From: Parcubacteria bacterium C7867-008
GTDB taxonomy: Bacteria; Patescibacteriota; Minisyncoccia; Phycocordibacterales; Phycocordibacteraceae
Assembly (NCBI GenBank): GCA_001189215.1
Contig: LFCR01000004.1
Location: 95,391-159,390 of the forward strand
Direction: 5' to 3'
DNA length: 64,000 bases
Shown here: positions 9,932 to 21,006 of the stretch, in pieces
How positions within the stretch are numbered: position 1 is the stretch's first letter
Layout of the letters: each line of letters begins with the position of its first letter
Notes under the pieces: generated by a model
Seen by the model: the letters and a program-made list of their open reading frames with translations, nothing else
What the model was told of the DNA's origin: nothing
The model's database searches: none
Translations under genes and position numbers: made by a program

Positions 9932-10285
9932 GTGGAGAGAGATTACCTGAGGGTAGTTGGAACAGCGCCGGCACATCTGCCGGACTACAACTACGAAGAT
10001 CGAATTGAAGACCTGCGGGGACTTCTATGGGCTGCCTGCAAGCGCGGGCAACAGCATCTGATCGATGACATCGCCGTGCGTGCGCATCTTGCGCCCAGCA
10101 CTGTCGAGGCTTTCGTGTTCGGTCAGACAAAAAGACCGCAAGATCGCACGGTCTTCGAGATCGCGAAAGCCATCGGCTTTCGGATGGCGCTCATCCCCTT
10201 ATCGGTCCCGAAGCTTCGGGAAGAATTGGATCGCGGGAACCTTCCTGATGATCTGCCGAGAAGGAAGACACCCTTCAAGTCGTAG
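9932..10285 (+). CDS. Putative XRE-like HTH protein
   Basis: DDIAVRAHLAPSTVEAFVFGQTKRPQDRTVFEIAKAIG; GTG start after GGGGAG; TTGACA-N16-TATATT promoter at 9876-9903. Confidence 0.6.
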   Translation: MERDYLRVVGTAPAHLPDYNYEDRIEDLRGLLWAACKRGQQHLIDDIAVRAHLAPSTVEAFVFGQTKRPQDRTVFEIAKAIGFRMALIPLSVPKLREELDRGNLPDDLPRRKTPFKS

Positions 10286-10349
10286 GGTGATGGAACCAAT
10301 TCAAAAGGCCGGCGGGGCAACCCGTCGGCCATTTTCTATTTGAATCAGA

Positions 10350-10466
10350 CTACTTAGCCTGTGCTGCCTTACGAGCAAGCTTCACAGCGATGCGCTTAGC
10401 AGTCTTCTGTGGGTGCTTGTGTGGGCGCTTAGGGCTTACACCCTGCTTCCTCTTGTTTCGTGCCAT
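10350..10466 (-). CDS. 38-aa highly basic peptide
   Basis: MARNKRKQGVSPKRPHKHPQKTAKRIAVKLARKAAQAK; TAGTAT 8 nt upstream of ATG. Confidence 0.5.
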   Translation of the reverse strand: MARNKRKQGVSPKRPHKHPQKTAKRIAVKLARKAAQAK

Positions 10467-10485
10467 ATAGCTTGATACTAACGAT

Positions 10486-10839
10486 TTAAAGCAATTCTGC
10501 AAGCACCGCCTTGAATTCATCCATACCTGCGGGCTTAGTGAGGTGCGCATTGAAACCAGCAGCCAGTGCTTTCTCCTTATCTTCCACCTGTCCGTATCCC
10601 GTGAGCGCAACGGCAGGGAAGGTGAATCCATGCGCACGAAGACCCACGATCACATCGTGACCACTCATATCTGGCATACCAATGTCTATAAAAATAAGAT
10701 CAGGTTCATCAGCTCGGACATGTTCTAGTACATCTTTCCCTGCATAGAGCGCTGAAGTCTCCCACCCTAGAGCATTTAATAGACGAACAAGACCATCCGC
10801 TGCTGCTTCATTATCATCTACCACAAGAAGCTTTTTCAT
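10486..10839 (-). CDS. Single-domain response regulator (CheY-like)
   Basis: LVVDD, DIGMPDMSG, ALTG, LTKP. Confidence 0.92.
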   Translation of the reverse strand: MKKLLVVDDNEAAADGLVRLLNALGWETSALYAGKDVLEHVRADEPDLIFIDIGMPDMSGHDVIVGLRAHGFTFPAVALTGYGQVEDKEKALAAGFNAHLTKPAGMDEFKAVLAELL

Positions 10840-10851
10840 ATCGATATCGTA

Positions 10852-11622
10852 TCAGATTGATGGTGCGATAAGTTCGAGCAGTTTTGAGTGAAAGTTTGCG
10901 TTACCAGCACAGACGAATCCTTTAGTCTGGGTATCGTATCGCTGATCGTTACCATATAGATCAGATGTTACTCCTCCTGCTTCTTCAACAATCACTTTAG
11001 CAGCAGCACTGTCCCAAGGATTACCTAGTGGCAACACCACTCCCTGCAGCTGACCACTCGCCACCATCATGCTGGCATATACGGTTGAACTATAGGAGAG
11101 ACATCGAACGCGTTCAATTCGGGCTCGTTCAAAAAAGGTGAGATCTTTAAATCCACTATGCCCATCAGTGGCAATGTAACTACGCGCCAGATCCGCATGA
11201 GATGACGCATTAATTGAGACATCGTTCATACAAGCCCCTTGTCCGCGTACTGCAGAATAGAGACGCTTCGTGTATGGGTCGTATACCACACCAAGCACCG
11301 GTACTCCATTTTCAGTTAAGCCAAGTGAGAATACGTTTGTGGGTACACCTCGTAAGAAGGCAGCAGTGCCATCTATCGGATCAAAGACCCAGGTGTACGT
11401 ACTTCCTTCTTGTATCTGTTTACCCTCCTCACCCAAAAGACTATGCTCTGGATAGGCTTCACTTAAGCGCTTAATGACCAATTCTTGAATCAATTCATCT
11501 GCTTTAGTGAGAGGGGAGTGGTCATCTTTAAAGGTGTGACGCATACCCAGTTCAAAGTATTGCGTCATTACCACGCCAGCTTCTAGCGCGATTTCCTTCG
11601 CGATCTTTAGTTGCTCATCCAT
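10852..11622 (-). CDS. Inositol monophosphatase family protein
   Basis: LGEE, WVFDPIDGT, PWDSAA. Confidence 0.92.
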   Translation of the reverse strand: MDEQLKIAKEIALEAGVVMTQYFELGMRHTFKDDHSPLTKADELIQELVIKRLSEAYPEHSLLGEEGKQIQEGSTYTWVFDPIDGTAAFLRGVPTNVFSLGLTENGVPVLGVVYDPYTKRLYSAVRGQGACMNDVSINASSHADLARSYIATDGHSGFKDLTFFERARIERVRCLSYSSTVYASMMVASGQLQGVVLPLGNPWDSAAAKVIVEEAGGVTSDLYGNDQRYDTQTKGFVCAGNANFHSKLLELIAPSI

Positions 11623-11702
11623 TTTCACGATTGTACCAGAGCAATTATGAAGACTTCATAAACAAAGACCGCCCGCCGAGAATTCGGCGGGCGGGGCGAT
11701 CC

Positions 11703-12332
11703 TTAAGGGGCAACAAAGGGCTTGTCGTTTACGTACCAGCGACGGTTGATAGTGACGCCGCTGTCACGCGTAAAGGGAATCATAATTCCAGGCGAAAGCA
11801 GGACTGTTTCAATGACGAACCAGTACGTCTGGACTTCACTCTCCATTCCCGCATACGCCTTTGAGCGGCGAATATGCTTCGTAACCAAGCCGGTGCGTTG
11901 AATCCTTTTACGGCTCAGCACTTCGGTTTTAACCTTTAGCTCCTCACGCATTCCGCGCAGAAGTCCATCAAGTGGTTTTTCGAGGTAGTGTAGCGTTTCC
12001 GAGAACGAGAAAACCTCAAGAGGTAACTCACCCTCGAAATTAGGTATTGTATTACCGTTTAGGTACGTCCGGCTTGTTTCTACGAGAACAGCATCCATCG
12101 CAGGGTTTCGTATGATCCCCTTCACATTTTTTGCTCTACGACGCGCAATGCCTGTATCTTGATCCTGATAGATGTCGATTTCTCGACCATTCAGTTCTTC
12201 ATACAGATCTACATGTCGTTTGTTACCAACCTTATCAAAGTCCTGAATGGCTATCCTCGGTTCACATGAAGCGAGGAACGCTTGCATCTCCTGTAGCGAA
12301 CAGGAGTGACTTAGGGTGCGCAGCGCGCTCAT
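11703..12332 (-). CDS. Hypothetical protein with a degenerate Nudix-like motif
   Basis: LEKPLDGLLRGMREELKV; SD AGGA; own terminator at about 11660-11697. Confidence 0.55.
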   Translation of the reverse strand: MSALRTLSHSCSLQEMQAFLASCEPRIAIQDFDKVGNKRHVDLYEELNGREIDIYQDQDTGIARRRAKNVKGIIRNPAMDAVLVETSRTYLNGNTIPNFEGELPLEVFSFSETLHYLEKPLDGLLRGMREELKVKTEVLSRKRIQRTGLVTKHIRRSKAYAGMESEVQTYWFVIETVLLSPGIMIPFTRDSGVTINRRWYVNDKPFVAP

Positions 12333-12399
12333 GGTCTTGTCCTGTTACTAGGGGTCAAATCTAAAGTGACCGTATCAGAAAACTTGTCTTTTGTAAAAT

Positions 12400-14022
12400 C
12401 TATGTCGTTGCCACAGGAAGGCGAACCACAAACTCACTTCCTTTACCAAGCCCTTCACTTTTTGCGATAACAGTACCACCATGCACTTCAACAAAGCTCT
12501 TCACGAGTGCTAAACCGATACCTAATCCTTTCTGCGTACGTGCTCCAGTACCCACCTGGTGGAATGGGGTGAAGATGTTATCAAGTGATCCGGTTGCTAT
12601 ACCCACACCCTGGTCTTTAATCGAAATAAGAATCTCTTTGTGTTGCTTCGTAACAGAAATACTAATCTGATCACCTGAATCAGAGTACTTCGATGCGTTA
12701 GTAATAAGGTTAGAGAAGATTTGCTCCAGTCGTACGGGATCACCTTCAACGACGAGACCTTTCTTAAGACCCTTTGTTACCAATGTTTGGTGACGTTCAT
12801 ACACATGATGCTCCGTTGAAAGAATCGCACGAGGAAGAATACTGTTAAGATCTACGCGCTCATGCCGTATAGATATCTTTCCCTCTGAAATACGAGATAC
12901 ATCGAGAAGATCATCGAGAAGACGACGAACGGTTTTCATCCGATCATTCATCATTTCTAGTGTTTCAATTTCTTCTTTGTCTCGGCCACTTTTGATACGA
13001 AGTAGATCAATAGCACTCACCACCGGTGCAAGTGGGTTGCGAAGTTCATGCGCCAGGATAGCAATGAATTCATTTTTTGCACGAGATTCAGTACTAATAC
13101 GCGCAACAGCATTCTCAAGCGTTGCCACTTGGGAACGCATGAGATTGGTGTTCAACCGTCGATCTTCTTCAAGTGCAACAATGATAAGGAATATGATCGA
13201 ACGCGTGATAAGGAGTACTTCCATCTCAAACATGAGTGTTGGAAGCACTTCAGGGCTTGCATGCATGAGCACGCTGCCAATAGCAAATATGGAAGTTATA
13301 AGCAGCGCGAGAGTAACAAACCGTGGTCGTAAACGAAGCGCAATCCAGAAGAGGGGAATTGAAAGGAAATAGCTTAGTGGCACACCTCCCACCGTTGTCA
13401 CTCCTTCTACATACAACACATAGTTCAGCGCAATAAGGATAATGAACACAGTCATGGTCTCAAGGATCTCTAGCGGCCCACGACTAAATCGTCGCTTTGC
13501 ACACCACCGCAACACCAGTGGTACTCCTATCAAGAGACAGAAAATCATCGCACCATACGCCTGACCCCACTGCGTGAGCGTATAGAACGTACCAACACCT
13601 AGATACCAGATAGCAGTTAGCGTAGGGGTTATTAGTGCAACCAAAAATACCGTTGCGATAAGACTGAATACGTCACGGTACCTACGAAACAGAGGATCAA
13701 CCTTCGCTTTACGAAGTAGATATGCACCTACAACAGACTGAAGGGTAATAATTGTTGCCGAAACAATACCAAAGACTCCATCAACTCCTGTTGCGTAGCT
13801 GGCAACTAACACCGCACCAAAGACAAACACCCACAGACGCTCACCGAGAAAAAAGAGTAGCGCCATTGCAATACCCGCTGCCGGAATAAACGGTACGGTA
13901 GGAGGGACTAGATAGGCAGCTGCCGCCGTTATTGTGACGTATATAAAGAGAAATATGCCACCAAGTAGATACTCTCGGCGCGTGAAGCGTATTAGCGGAG
14001 GAATAGATAGTAAGTTCCTCAT
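12400..14022 (-). CDS. MASE1-domain sensor histidine kinase
   Basis: Multi-TM N-terminus; H box LAHELRNPL, N box NASKY, G boxes DQGVGI and GLGIGL. Confidence 0.92.
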   Translation of the reverse strand: MRNLLSIPPLIRFTRREYLLGGIFLFIYVTITAAAAYLVPPTVPFIPAAGIAMALLFFLGERLWVFVFGAVLVASYATGVDGVFGIVSATIITLQSVVGAYLLRKAKVDPLFRRYRDVFSLIATVFLVALITPTLTAIWYLGVGTFYTLTQWGQAYGAMIFCLLIGVPLVLRWCAKRRFSRGPLEILETMTVFIILIALNYVLYVEGVTTVGGVPLSYFLSIPLFWIALRLRPRFVTLALLITSIFAIGSVLMHASPEVLPTLMFEMEVLLITRSIIFLIIVALEEDRRLNTNLMRSQVATLENAVARISTESRAKNEFIAILAHELRNPLAPVVSAIDLLRIKSGRDKEEIETLEMMNDRMKTVRRLLDDLLDVSRISEGKISIRHERVDLNSILPRAILSTEHHVYERHQTLVTKGLKKGLVVEGDPVRLEQIFSNLITNASKYSDSGDQISISVTKQHKEILISIKDQGVGIATGSLDNIFTPFHQVGTGARTQKGLGIGLALVKSFVEVHGGTVIAKSEGLGKGSEFVVRLPVATT

Positions 14023-14081
14023 GAAGTTACCGGTGTCATTGTACTCCTATATACCTTGTAGATGGTAGACTTTTAGTATCG

Positions 14082-16424
14082 ATGGCGGACTCTGAACTAT
14101 TGATGAACATACGTGAACGATTGGCGCGCGGCGAAGACGAAACGAAGATCCGTGAGTCTCTAAAAGGCAAAAAGTGGAGCGAACCAGATGTTAATGGGGC
14201 AATTGCCGTAGCGAAGCTTCGTATGAAAGCAGGAGGGCGTTTCTCTGCAGTATCGGAAGTTCGCAGCACAAGAGCAGGTGGTAACGGCCTTGTTTTCAAC
14301 ATAGTAATGGTAGTGATATTGCTGGTAAGTGCACCGGTAGCCTACGGTGTGTATACCGGGTACATTCCGCCCGTACCCCTTCCAAATTCAGTGAACGAGA
14401 TAGCATTTGAAAGCCAGAACGCTAGCACTACTGATTCGCTATTTGATACTCCGTTTGATATTACGCAGCTCATACCAGTTGGAAAGGGTCCCAGACAGCT
14501 TGCCAACAATGACCCGACTCCTGCACCTGTTGCGACTAAACCCATTGGTTCATCGGCACCCAATCCTACGCCAGTTACGGTAACAAGTACTCCAGAACCT
14601 GCATCTACTCCTACTGCTTCAGAAGATCCTGCTCCAACTATTACGTTCGGAGTAAATGCAACAAGTGCCGTATCAGGAGATGTTGTTACCTTCACCTGGG
14701 ACGCCCAGAACGCCACGGTTTGTAACGGATCAGGATTCAATACCGGCTCGCGTGTAAGCGGTAGTGTCAACAAACGAGTAAGCGCTTCTTCCGTATTCAG
14801 GATCAGCTGTACCAACGCCACCCGCAGTGCAAAAGCAGAGGTGTCTATAAGAGTTTCTCCTAAAGTTCCCAAACCTCCCACTCCTGCACCTACTCCAACA
14901 CCGACTCCTACTCCTACACCAAGCCCCACACCTTCACCAACTCCAAGTCCCACCCCAACACCAACTCCTACACCTGTTCCAGTACCTTCGCCAACACCAA
15001 CAGGTACCTATAGTGTTTATTCAGGGTGCGAATCACCTTCAACAACCTTTGCACGCACCATCTACTTTGATCCCGTAAACGGTAACGACACCACCGGAAC
15101 CGGTGCAAGCAGTCTTCCATTTAAAACACTACAAGGAACTATAAATCTCAAAAAGATACTTCCAAATGATCACTTAGTACTGATGCCTGGTACCCATCCA
15201 GGACTTCTAACAAGTGCACTCCACCAACCAGCTCTCGCAGCAACATCAAAATGGGTGTGGCTTGATTTCCAGCCGGGTGCCGTTATGGACGGTGGCATCA
15301 ATCTAACTGATATGAAGCGTTGGCTTATCACTAAGCCTGAGATGACAAGCACCACCAAGCAAACAATTCTTATATTCACTGCCCGTGGTTCTAACATAGT
15401 TGTTGCAGATGGATTCTTTTACACTGAAAAAGGTTCTCCAACAGGATGGGATGTGGCTAAGTGGGGTAAAGCAAATAGCGGCATAACTACAGACACTACC
15501 ACCTGCGTATCTATACTCCGTAATCGCTTCAAGAACATGCTTGGCGGTATTACCGTAAATACACGTACGGCGTCTCCTGACGCTTCAAAAAACAGTATTA
15601 AAGCTATTATCAGTCAGAACATTATTCAAAATATCTCTGCCGATGGCATACGTCCTCTAGGTTCGGACTTTATCGTGTCGCACAACACTGTCCTAGACCA
15701 ATACCTTGATCGTGATGTTGATCCAAACCACGATGACGCCCTCCAGATGTATGCGCTCGGTGGTATCCAGTATGAAAACATCATTATTGATCACAACTGG
15801 ATGCAAGAGACGACTGATCCAAGTCGAAAGTACATTAGTGGTATGCAGGGCATCTCATCCTTTGATGGGGTAATCAAGAATATGCAAATAACAAACAATG
15901 TTGTTATCACCTCTGTATGGCAGGCAATTGCGTGGTACGGCATTCAAGACAGCGTTATTGACCACAACACGGTCGTGAATTACACCAACAACGGAAGACC
16001 GTCCTGGATTATGACCCACGACGGGAAGGATGGATCGCATGTGGTGAATGTAGCTCTCACCAATAATGCAGCAGCAGGTGTGTATGGTTCCGTGGGGGTC
16101 ACCACAGAATCAAATAACATCACCGTTCCAAACCCAGCAGCGGTATACACCACCTTTAATCCTGCAGGTAACAGTTATAATTTCACACCAAAACCAGGAA
16201 GCATTCTTGATGGAAAGGGCGCTGGTGTGGGGGGAGGAACTCGACCCCTCTCTCTTGAAACTTCTAGACGTCCTGCCTACGCAGTAGCATCACCAGCAGA
16301 CGTTTCTAAAGCACCCGCACAGAGCAAACTCGTAGCTTCTGTATACAATGGCGCTTCGTGGTTGGGGGATGCTTGGCATACCTTCTGGTCTTGGCTCGTA
16401 GGTTTCTTTGCTACAATTACATAA
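14082..16424 (+). CDS. Membrane-anchored surface protein: Ig-like domain, Pro/Thr linker, right-handed beta-helix
   Basis: TM segment, [12 protein letters not shown], (PT)n repeat, [14 protein letters not shown], Asn-ladder repeats. Confidence 0.75.
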   Translation: MADSELLMNIRERLARGEDETKIRESLKGKKWSEPDVNGAIAVAKLRMKAGGRFSAVSEVRSTRAGGNGLVFNIVMVVILLVSAPVAYGVYTGYIPPVPLPNSVNEIAFESQNASTTDSLFDTPFDITQLIPVGKGPRQLANNDPTPAPVATKPIGSSAPNPTPVTVTSTPEPASTPTASEDPAPTITFGVNATSAVSGDVVTFTWDAQNATVCNGSGFNTGSRVSGSVNKRVSASSVFRISCTNATRSAKAEVSIRVSPKVPKPPTPAPTPTPTPTPTPSPTPSPTPSPTPTPTPTPVPVPSPTPTGTYSVYSGCESPSTTFARTIYFDPVNGNDTTGTGASSLPFKTLQGTINLKKILPNDHLVLMPGTHPGLLTSALHQPALAATSKWVWLDFQPGAVMDGGINLTDMKRWLITKPEMTSTTKQTILIFTARGSNIVVADGFFYTEKGSPTGWDVAKWGKANSGITTDTTTCVSILRNRFKNMLGGITVNTRTASPDASKNSIKAIISQNIIQNISADGIRPLGSDFIVSHNTVLDQYLDRDVDPNHDDALQMYALGGIQYENIIIDHNWMQETTDPSRKYISGMQGISSFDGVIKNMQITNNVVITSVWQAIAWYGIQDSVIDHNTVVNYTNNGRPSWIMTHDGKDGSHVVNVALTNNAAAGVYGSVGVTTESNNITVPNPAAVYTTFNPAGNSYNFTPKPGSILDGKGAGVGGGTRPLSLETSRRPAYAVASPADVSKAPAQSKLVASVYNGASWLGDAWHTFWSWLVGFFATIT
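14872..15000 (+). repeat. Pro-Thr/Pro-Ser low-complexity linker
   Basis: (CCNACN)n coding [10 protein letters not shown]. Confidence 0.85.
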
Positions 16425-16448
16425 ACACCTCGGTACACTCTACGTATT

Positions 16449-18536
16449 ATGTCGGACGACGAACTTTTTAAAGCAATAGCGCAAAAGCTATCTGCTGGAA
16501 TACCGGAAGATGAGATACACAAATCATTTGATTCTCGCTGGGCTCCACAAGATATTAATGGGGCAATTGCTGTTTGGAAACTTCGCAATAAGTCTTTCAC
16601 ACTAACTAAACAAATTCCTCAAACCGCATACCACAAACCTTGGGAGGGCAACTCCTTCTTTCAGTTCTTTGTTATCGCCATACTTCTGGTCTCAGCACCA
16701 GGCGCGTATGGTCTAGTTACCGGCTTCCTTCTACCAACCGTACAGAATGATCCAATTAAAGCGGATTCGGTTAAAGAGTCCTATGAGTTATTGCGCGATG
16801 TTCCTTCACTAATTCCCGTAGCGCCCTTGGGAACCATTCTTCCTACAAAAAATACCCTTGCACCGATTGCTCAAGTTCCTACAAATGAAGTTCTGGCCAC
16901 TCCAACAACACCTGTTGCTACTCCTTCCAATATCACCCCCGCACCGACGGTTTCATTTAGCGTAAACACAAAGAGTGTTACGACTGGTTCACGTGTCACC
17001 CTTGAATGGAGTTCGGCAACGGCAAAGTCTTGTGTCGGTGCCAACTTTGATACCGGAGGCGTTGCAACTGGTTCATTGCGCAAGACACTATCAGTTACCA
17101 CTACCTACAGCATCACTTGCACCAATGCGGGCGGCACAACGACACGAAATGTTACCGTCTCTGCAACCAATAAGCAGGGTACCCTCATTCCAAATCCCGC
17201 TCCCGTTCCAACACCAACACCCGAGCCAGATCCCACACCAACTCCGACCCCTACTCCTACACCTACGCCCGTACCTACTCCTACACCAACCCCTGCGCCT
17301 ACTCCAACACCGACCCCTGCACCGACTCCTACACCAACCCCTGCGCCTACTCCGACTCCAGGTTCAACAGTTGTCGTACACAGCTATGTAGAAGCTATTG
17401 CTGCACTTAAAGCCGTTCAAGGCAAAGGAAATATCACGGTCCAATTTGCACCTGGAAACTACGGTGACGTAACATTCGGTGGAACCTATGAAAGTGGGTT
17501 TGCATATAACAAAGGGTTTGATTTCCCAACACCCGTAACTATCACCTCACAAAGCAATTCAAGCAGAGCGGTGTTCAGTAGAATACTTGTTAGCTACAGC
17601 AAAGGAATAATTATTAGTAATGTGGACGTTAGTCGCGATAGCTATGTTTCTCAGATTGTATATGTATCTAATTCTGCAAATGTCACCCTTGCTGGTTTAA
17701 AGATTACGGGCTCGCCAGATCTGGGCTCTACTGGTATTAGTACTCGCAACAATACCGACATAACAATCCGTAATAGTGAAGTTACCAGAGTCGGTAACGG
17801 TATTGGTTCATACCAAGATCCTGGACCGGTCTCGATCCTTTATAACCACGTGCACAACGTCGCAACCGATGCTATTGATGTGTACTACCAGCGTGGTATC
17901 GCAACCATAAAGGGAAATTACGCGCATGATTTCACTGTACAAGCTGGTTCGCACCCAGACTGTTTCCAAACATCATCAGGAGGAAGCAACACTAAACTGT
18001 ACGCAAATGAGAATCTTTGTGTTCGAGGCTCCGCTACCGGAGTACCGCAAGGTGTCTTTATAGGAAGTGAGAAAACAGGCACTGTTGAAATGAACGACAA
18101 CATGGTCGTGTGCGGTCTGTATAATGCAATCGCCGTATCAGAAGCGGGAGGCGGTACCATATCTGGCAACGAAGTTATCAACTGTCCTGATTATGGTGGT
18201 TGGATCAGATACCAAAATAGTGACAATCTCACCATAAGTAATAACGTATCGCCCCAATACGTTGGTGTTGGAACAAATACCAATACAGTATTTAGCAACA
18301 ACAGTACTACATCCCCAGGTGTCTCTAATTCTTCTGGCGCAGCAGATCGTATTGCTGCATGGCGCGCACGTCATCCGCAGGTTCCAGGGGATTCCTATAC
18401 TCCTACATACAGCCTTCTGGAAAGAGTTATGCGTTCATTTGCTGAAGCAACAGGAGCCTTCATGCTTGCACTAGAGAGTGTGGGGAAGTCTGCACTAGCA
18501 TCCGTATTTGAATCCCTTCGTTTCTCTGCTTGGTAG
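16449..18536 (+). CDS. Paralogous surface protein: Ig-like domain, Pro/Thr linker, right-handed beta-helix
   Basis: N-terminus similar to the 14082 protein (DINGAIAV; LLVSAP); [12 protein letters not shown]; PT linker; HPDCFQ. Confidence 0.75.
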   Translation: MSDDELFKAIAQKLSAGIPEDEIHKSFDSRWAPQDINGAIAVWKLRNKSFTLTKQIPQTAYHKPWEGNSFFQFFVIAILLVSAPGAYGLVTGFLLPTVQNDPIKADSVKESYELLRDVPSLIPVAPLGTILPTKNTLAPIAQVPTNEVLATPTTPVATPSNITPAPTVSFSVNTKSVTTGSRVTLEWSSATAKSCVGANFDTGGVATGSLRKTLSVTTTYSITCTNAGGTTTRNVTVSATNKQGTLIPNPAPVPTPTPEPDPTPTPTPTPTPTPVPTPTPTPAPTPTPTPAPTPTPTPAPTPTPGSTVVVHSYVEAIAALKAVQGKGNITVQFAPGNYGDVTFGGTYESGFAYNKGFDFPTPVTITSQSNSSRAVFSRILVSYSKGIIISNVDVSRDSYVSQIVYVSNSANVTLAGLKITGSPDLGSTGISTRNNTDITIRNSEVTRVGNGIGSYQDPGPVSILYNHVHNVATDAIDVYYQRGIATIKGNYAHDFTVQAGSHPDCFQTSSGGSNTKLYANENLCVRGSATGVPQGVFIGSEKTGTVEMNDNMVVCGLYNAIAVSEAGGGTISGNEVINCPDYGGWIRYQNSDNLTISNNVSPQYVGVGTNTNTVFSNNSTTSPGVSNSSGAADRIAAWRARHPQVPGDSYTPTYSLLERVMRSFAEATGAFMLALESVGKSALASVFESLRFSAW
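17197..17360 (+). repeat. Pro-Thr linker with tandem PAPTPTPT units
   Basis: Near-identical 24-nt units, e.g. CCTGCGCCTACTCC repeated. Confidence 0.85.
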
Positions 18537-18636
18537 GCAGAGGCATTTGCAAAAGGGAATGTATATAAAATGAAAGACCGGGTCGCAATGACCCGGTCTA
18601 ACGAACGCTTGTACTGTAGTTTGGTCGAGGTGACCG

Positions 18637-18942
18637 TTAGCCCTGGTGCTTGCCGGCGCCGACCAGGAAGGTCGGGGTGACGGTGACCTTCCACGACATC
18701 GCGGCCGTCGGCGTCGAGGTCATGGCGCCGGTCAGCGGGAAGAGCAGTTCACAGTCGCCGTAGGTCTCGATCGGGTTGCCGTCGGAATCCGTCGGCGGCC
18801 CCCAGGTGTTGCAGTCGAAGCTGACGATCGGCGGATCGCCCGGGCCGAAGACGGTCTGCGCCTGGGCAGCGACGGGCGCGACGACGGTGGTGGCGGCCAG
18901 AGCAAGAGCGGCGACGGTGCCGCGGAGAGTCGAACGGTTCAT
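18637..18942 (-). CDS. Small secreted protein (GC-rich), hypothetical
   Basis: Signal peptide ending AAQA; two Cys; SD GAGGA; terminator GACCGGGTC/GACCCGGTC. Confidence 0.7.
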   Translation of the reverse strand: MNRSTLRGTVAALALAATTVVAPVAAQAQTVFGPGDPPIVSFDCNTWGPPTDSDGNPIETYGDCELLFPLTGAMTSTPTAAMSWKVTVTPTFLVGAGKHQG

Positions 18943-19116
18943 GAACAAGTCCTCGTTTGGTGTGCAGTGTCCCCCTTTTGGGTCACCTGGCATTTATATA
19001 ACATAGTATATAAATATTGGCAAGGGGTTTGTATTAAGACATGAAATAGATATAAAAGAAGCCGCCCGGGAGTGACGACGAAGGGTTTCCCTTCGTGTAC
19101 TCCCAGGCGACCGGTA

Positions 19117-19503
19117 TCAGATGTCTGATTGTCTCAAACTACGCACGAACTCCACCAGAGCCGAACGGGACACTCCGCGAGGGAGTTGCCCGTAGGCCTT
19201 GAGCAGTTCAAGCGCTCCGGGCTCAGCTAGCAGCGCAGCGACTTCGTCGATGATGCCACTGCTGACTGAGTTTTCGCCGAACATTTCGGCGACCGGCACG
19301 TTCAGGGTCTTGGCGATCCTTGTCAGCATAGAAGCAGATACGCGATTGGCGCCCCGCTCGTACTTCTGGATCTGCTGGAAAGTAACTCCAGCGGCCTCTG
19401 CCAGCGCTTGCTGACTGAGACCCCGCACCTTCCTGAGCAGCCGAATGCGCGCCCCAACGGCGACATCAACTGGGTCAGGAGATGTATCTGGTCTGTTAGC
19501 CAA
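19117..19503 (-). CDS. XRE-family HTH regulator, alphaproteobacterial type
   Basis: PDPVDVAVGARIRLLRKVRGLSQQALAEAAGVTFQQIQKYERGANRVSAS; probable TTG start after GGAG. Confidence 0.88.
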   Translation of the reverse strand: MANRPDTSPDPVDVAVGARIRLLRKVRGLSQQALAEAAGVTFQQIQKYERGANRVSASMLTRIAKTLNVPVAEMFGENSVSSGIIDEVAALLAEPGALELLKAYGQLPRGVSRSALVEFVRSLRQSDI

Positions 19504-19516
19504 GTACTGCTCTCCA

Positions 19517-19573
19517 TTTACATGAGGAAGTTTCCTCATGTAAAACTCTACACTAGAAATAGTATAAAGTCAA
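19517..19573 (-). promoter_or_regulatory. Sigma70 promoter plus 5' hairpin of the XRE gene
   Basis: TTGACT-N17-TAGAGT followed by TTTACATGAGGAA-ac-TTCCTCATGTAAA (13-bp stem). Confidence 0.7.
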
Positions 19574-19671
19574 TGCTTATACAGGATATTTCTACTGTAA
19601 ACTATCCACAGGTAATGGGGTGCGCAGGGATAAAAGTGCCATACTTTATATACAGATTTAATCTAAATGAC

Positions 19672-19965
19672 ATGAGCAGCAATCCGCTTGAAAGAAGACC
19701 AGCGCCAGCCGTTGAAACAGAATCTCAATTTACAGAAAAGGAAGAAAAGGTAATTGACTACTTAGTACAAGCTCTAGCTACTGAGGCAAATAACCCAGAG
19801 ATTCGAGTTAAGACCTCTGAAATAATAAAGAAAAGGTTGCAACAGATTGCCGATGTGGGCAGAAATATGCCTGAGATTCAGGAAGTGTTTACGAATCTTT
19901 CATTACGCCAGGAGGTTGTTGATAGATTCTACGCAAAATATCTTGATAGAGGACGTAGTCAGTAA
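19672..19965 (+). CDS. Hypothetical protein
   Basis: MSSNPLERR... open frame, helical, charged. Confidence 0.55.
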   Translation: MSSNPLERRPAPAVETESQFTEKEEKVIDYLVQALATEANNPEIRVKTSEIIKKRLQQIADVGRNMPEIQEVFTNLSLRQEVVDRFYAKYLDRGRSQ

Positions 19966-20019
19966 ACAGAAAAGCCACAGGCTGAGGGTTTGCACCTCAT
20001 ACCTGTGACCTTGGCTTAC

Positions 20020-20181
20020 TTAACTATCGTACTCATCGTCGATGTTGCAAATGCAATCTTGGCATCCGCAGTCATCACACCAATCTATATATTTGCAGTC
20101 GGGACAGAGCGGAACTAAATCTGACGAATCTACTCTGCGCATAGGGAAGGTTTTTCCGCATTCATAACAAATCGCACACAT
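20020..20181 (-). CDS. 53-aa Cys-rich (10 Cys) putative metal-binding protein
   Basis: MCAICYECGK...CPDC...WCDDCGCQDCICN; SD GGAG. Confidence 0.6.
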   Translation of the reverse strand: MCAICYECGKTFPMRRVDSSDLVPLCPDCKYIDWCDDCGCQDCICNIDDEYDS

Positions 20182-20532
20182 ATGATTGCTCCATGTTTGA
20201 GCCGTATTGCTCAAACATGTTTCTCCACCGCTTGCTTCCTTACGGAAGGGGTAAGGTGAGAAAAGCTCGTACCTAACTAGGTCCTCTCTAAAACGCCCTG
20301 ATAACCCAAACGTGGCAAGGAGATGTCCGGATGACATTTCGAGCTAATTCTAAGTTCAATTGGCAATATGCATTATTAAATAATATATATGATATGTCAA
20401 ATATAAAGTTAATTATTGATTGCAGTATCTGATCCACCTGGCAGAGAACATTTGAATCTGTTTTGTATAAACAGAAGCCGCCCACCAAGAAGTGGTCCTA
20501 GTGGGACGAGCTCCTTGGTGGGCGACGGTGCG

Positions 20533-20856
20533 CTAGTCTAGAAAATCAGGGTTGCGCGTAACGAGATCGTTGAACTTTTCCTTACCTGCCGTGTCCTCGT
20601 CTTCGGGCCAGTAGAACTTGGCCGTACCGGCGCCGACCAGATCATCAACCTGTTCCGGAGTCATGTAGGCGAGACCGATTGACCGACTGATCTGATAGAC
20701 GGCAGAGGAGTCCGTCCTGATCAAATAGCCGTTGAGACAGATTTCCGGGTTCTGCGAACAGCCGGGTTGCGAGACCTTGGTCGCCTTCGGCACAGAAACG
20801 GGCGAGCACGCGACAAACATCAGGGCCGCAACGGCACCAAACAGATACGATTTCAT
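20533..20856 (-). CDS. Putative lipoprotein, hypothetical
   Basis: Lipobox-like FVAC; own TTGACA promoter and long terminator hairpin. Confidence 0.65.
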   Translation of the reverse strand: MKSYLFGAVAALMFVACSPVSVPKATKVSQPGCSQNPEICLNGYLIRTDSSAVYQISRSIGLAYMTPEQVDDLVGAGTAKFYWPEDEDTAGKEKFNDLVTRNPDFLD

Positions 20857-21006
20857 TTAATTTCTTCGCTGTCCATGCAGCGCCTTTCTGTACTTATTAT
20901 AAATAAATATTTATATATGTCAAATTCTTACTTCGCGGCTAGGATGAAGTTCGGTTAACCATGATCGCATGAAAAGCCTCTAAATCATGAGGTGTATAAT
21001 TAGTAA

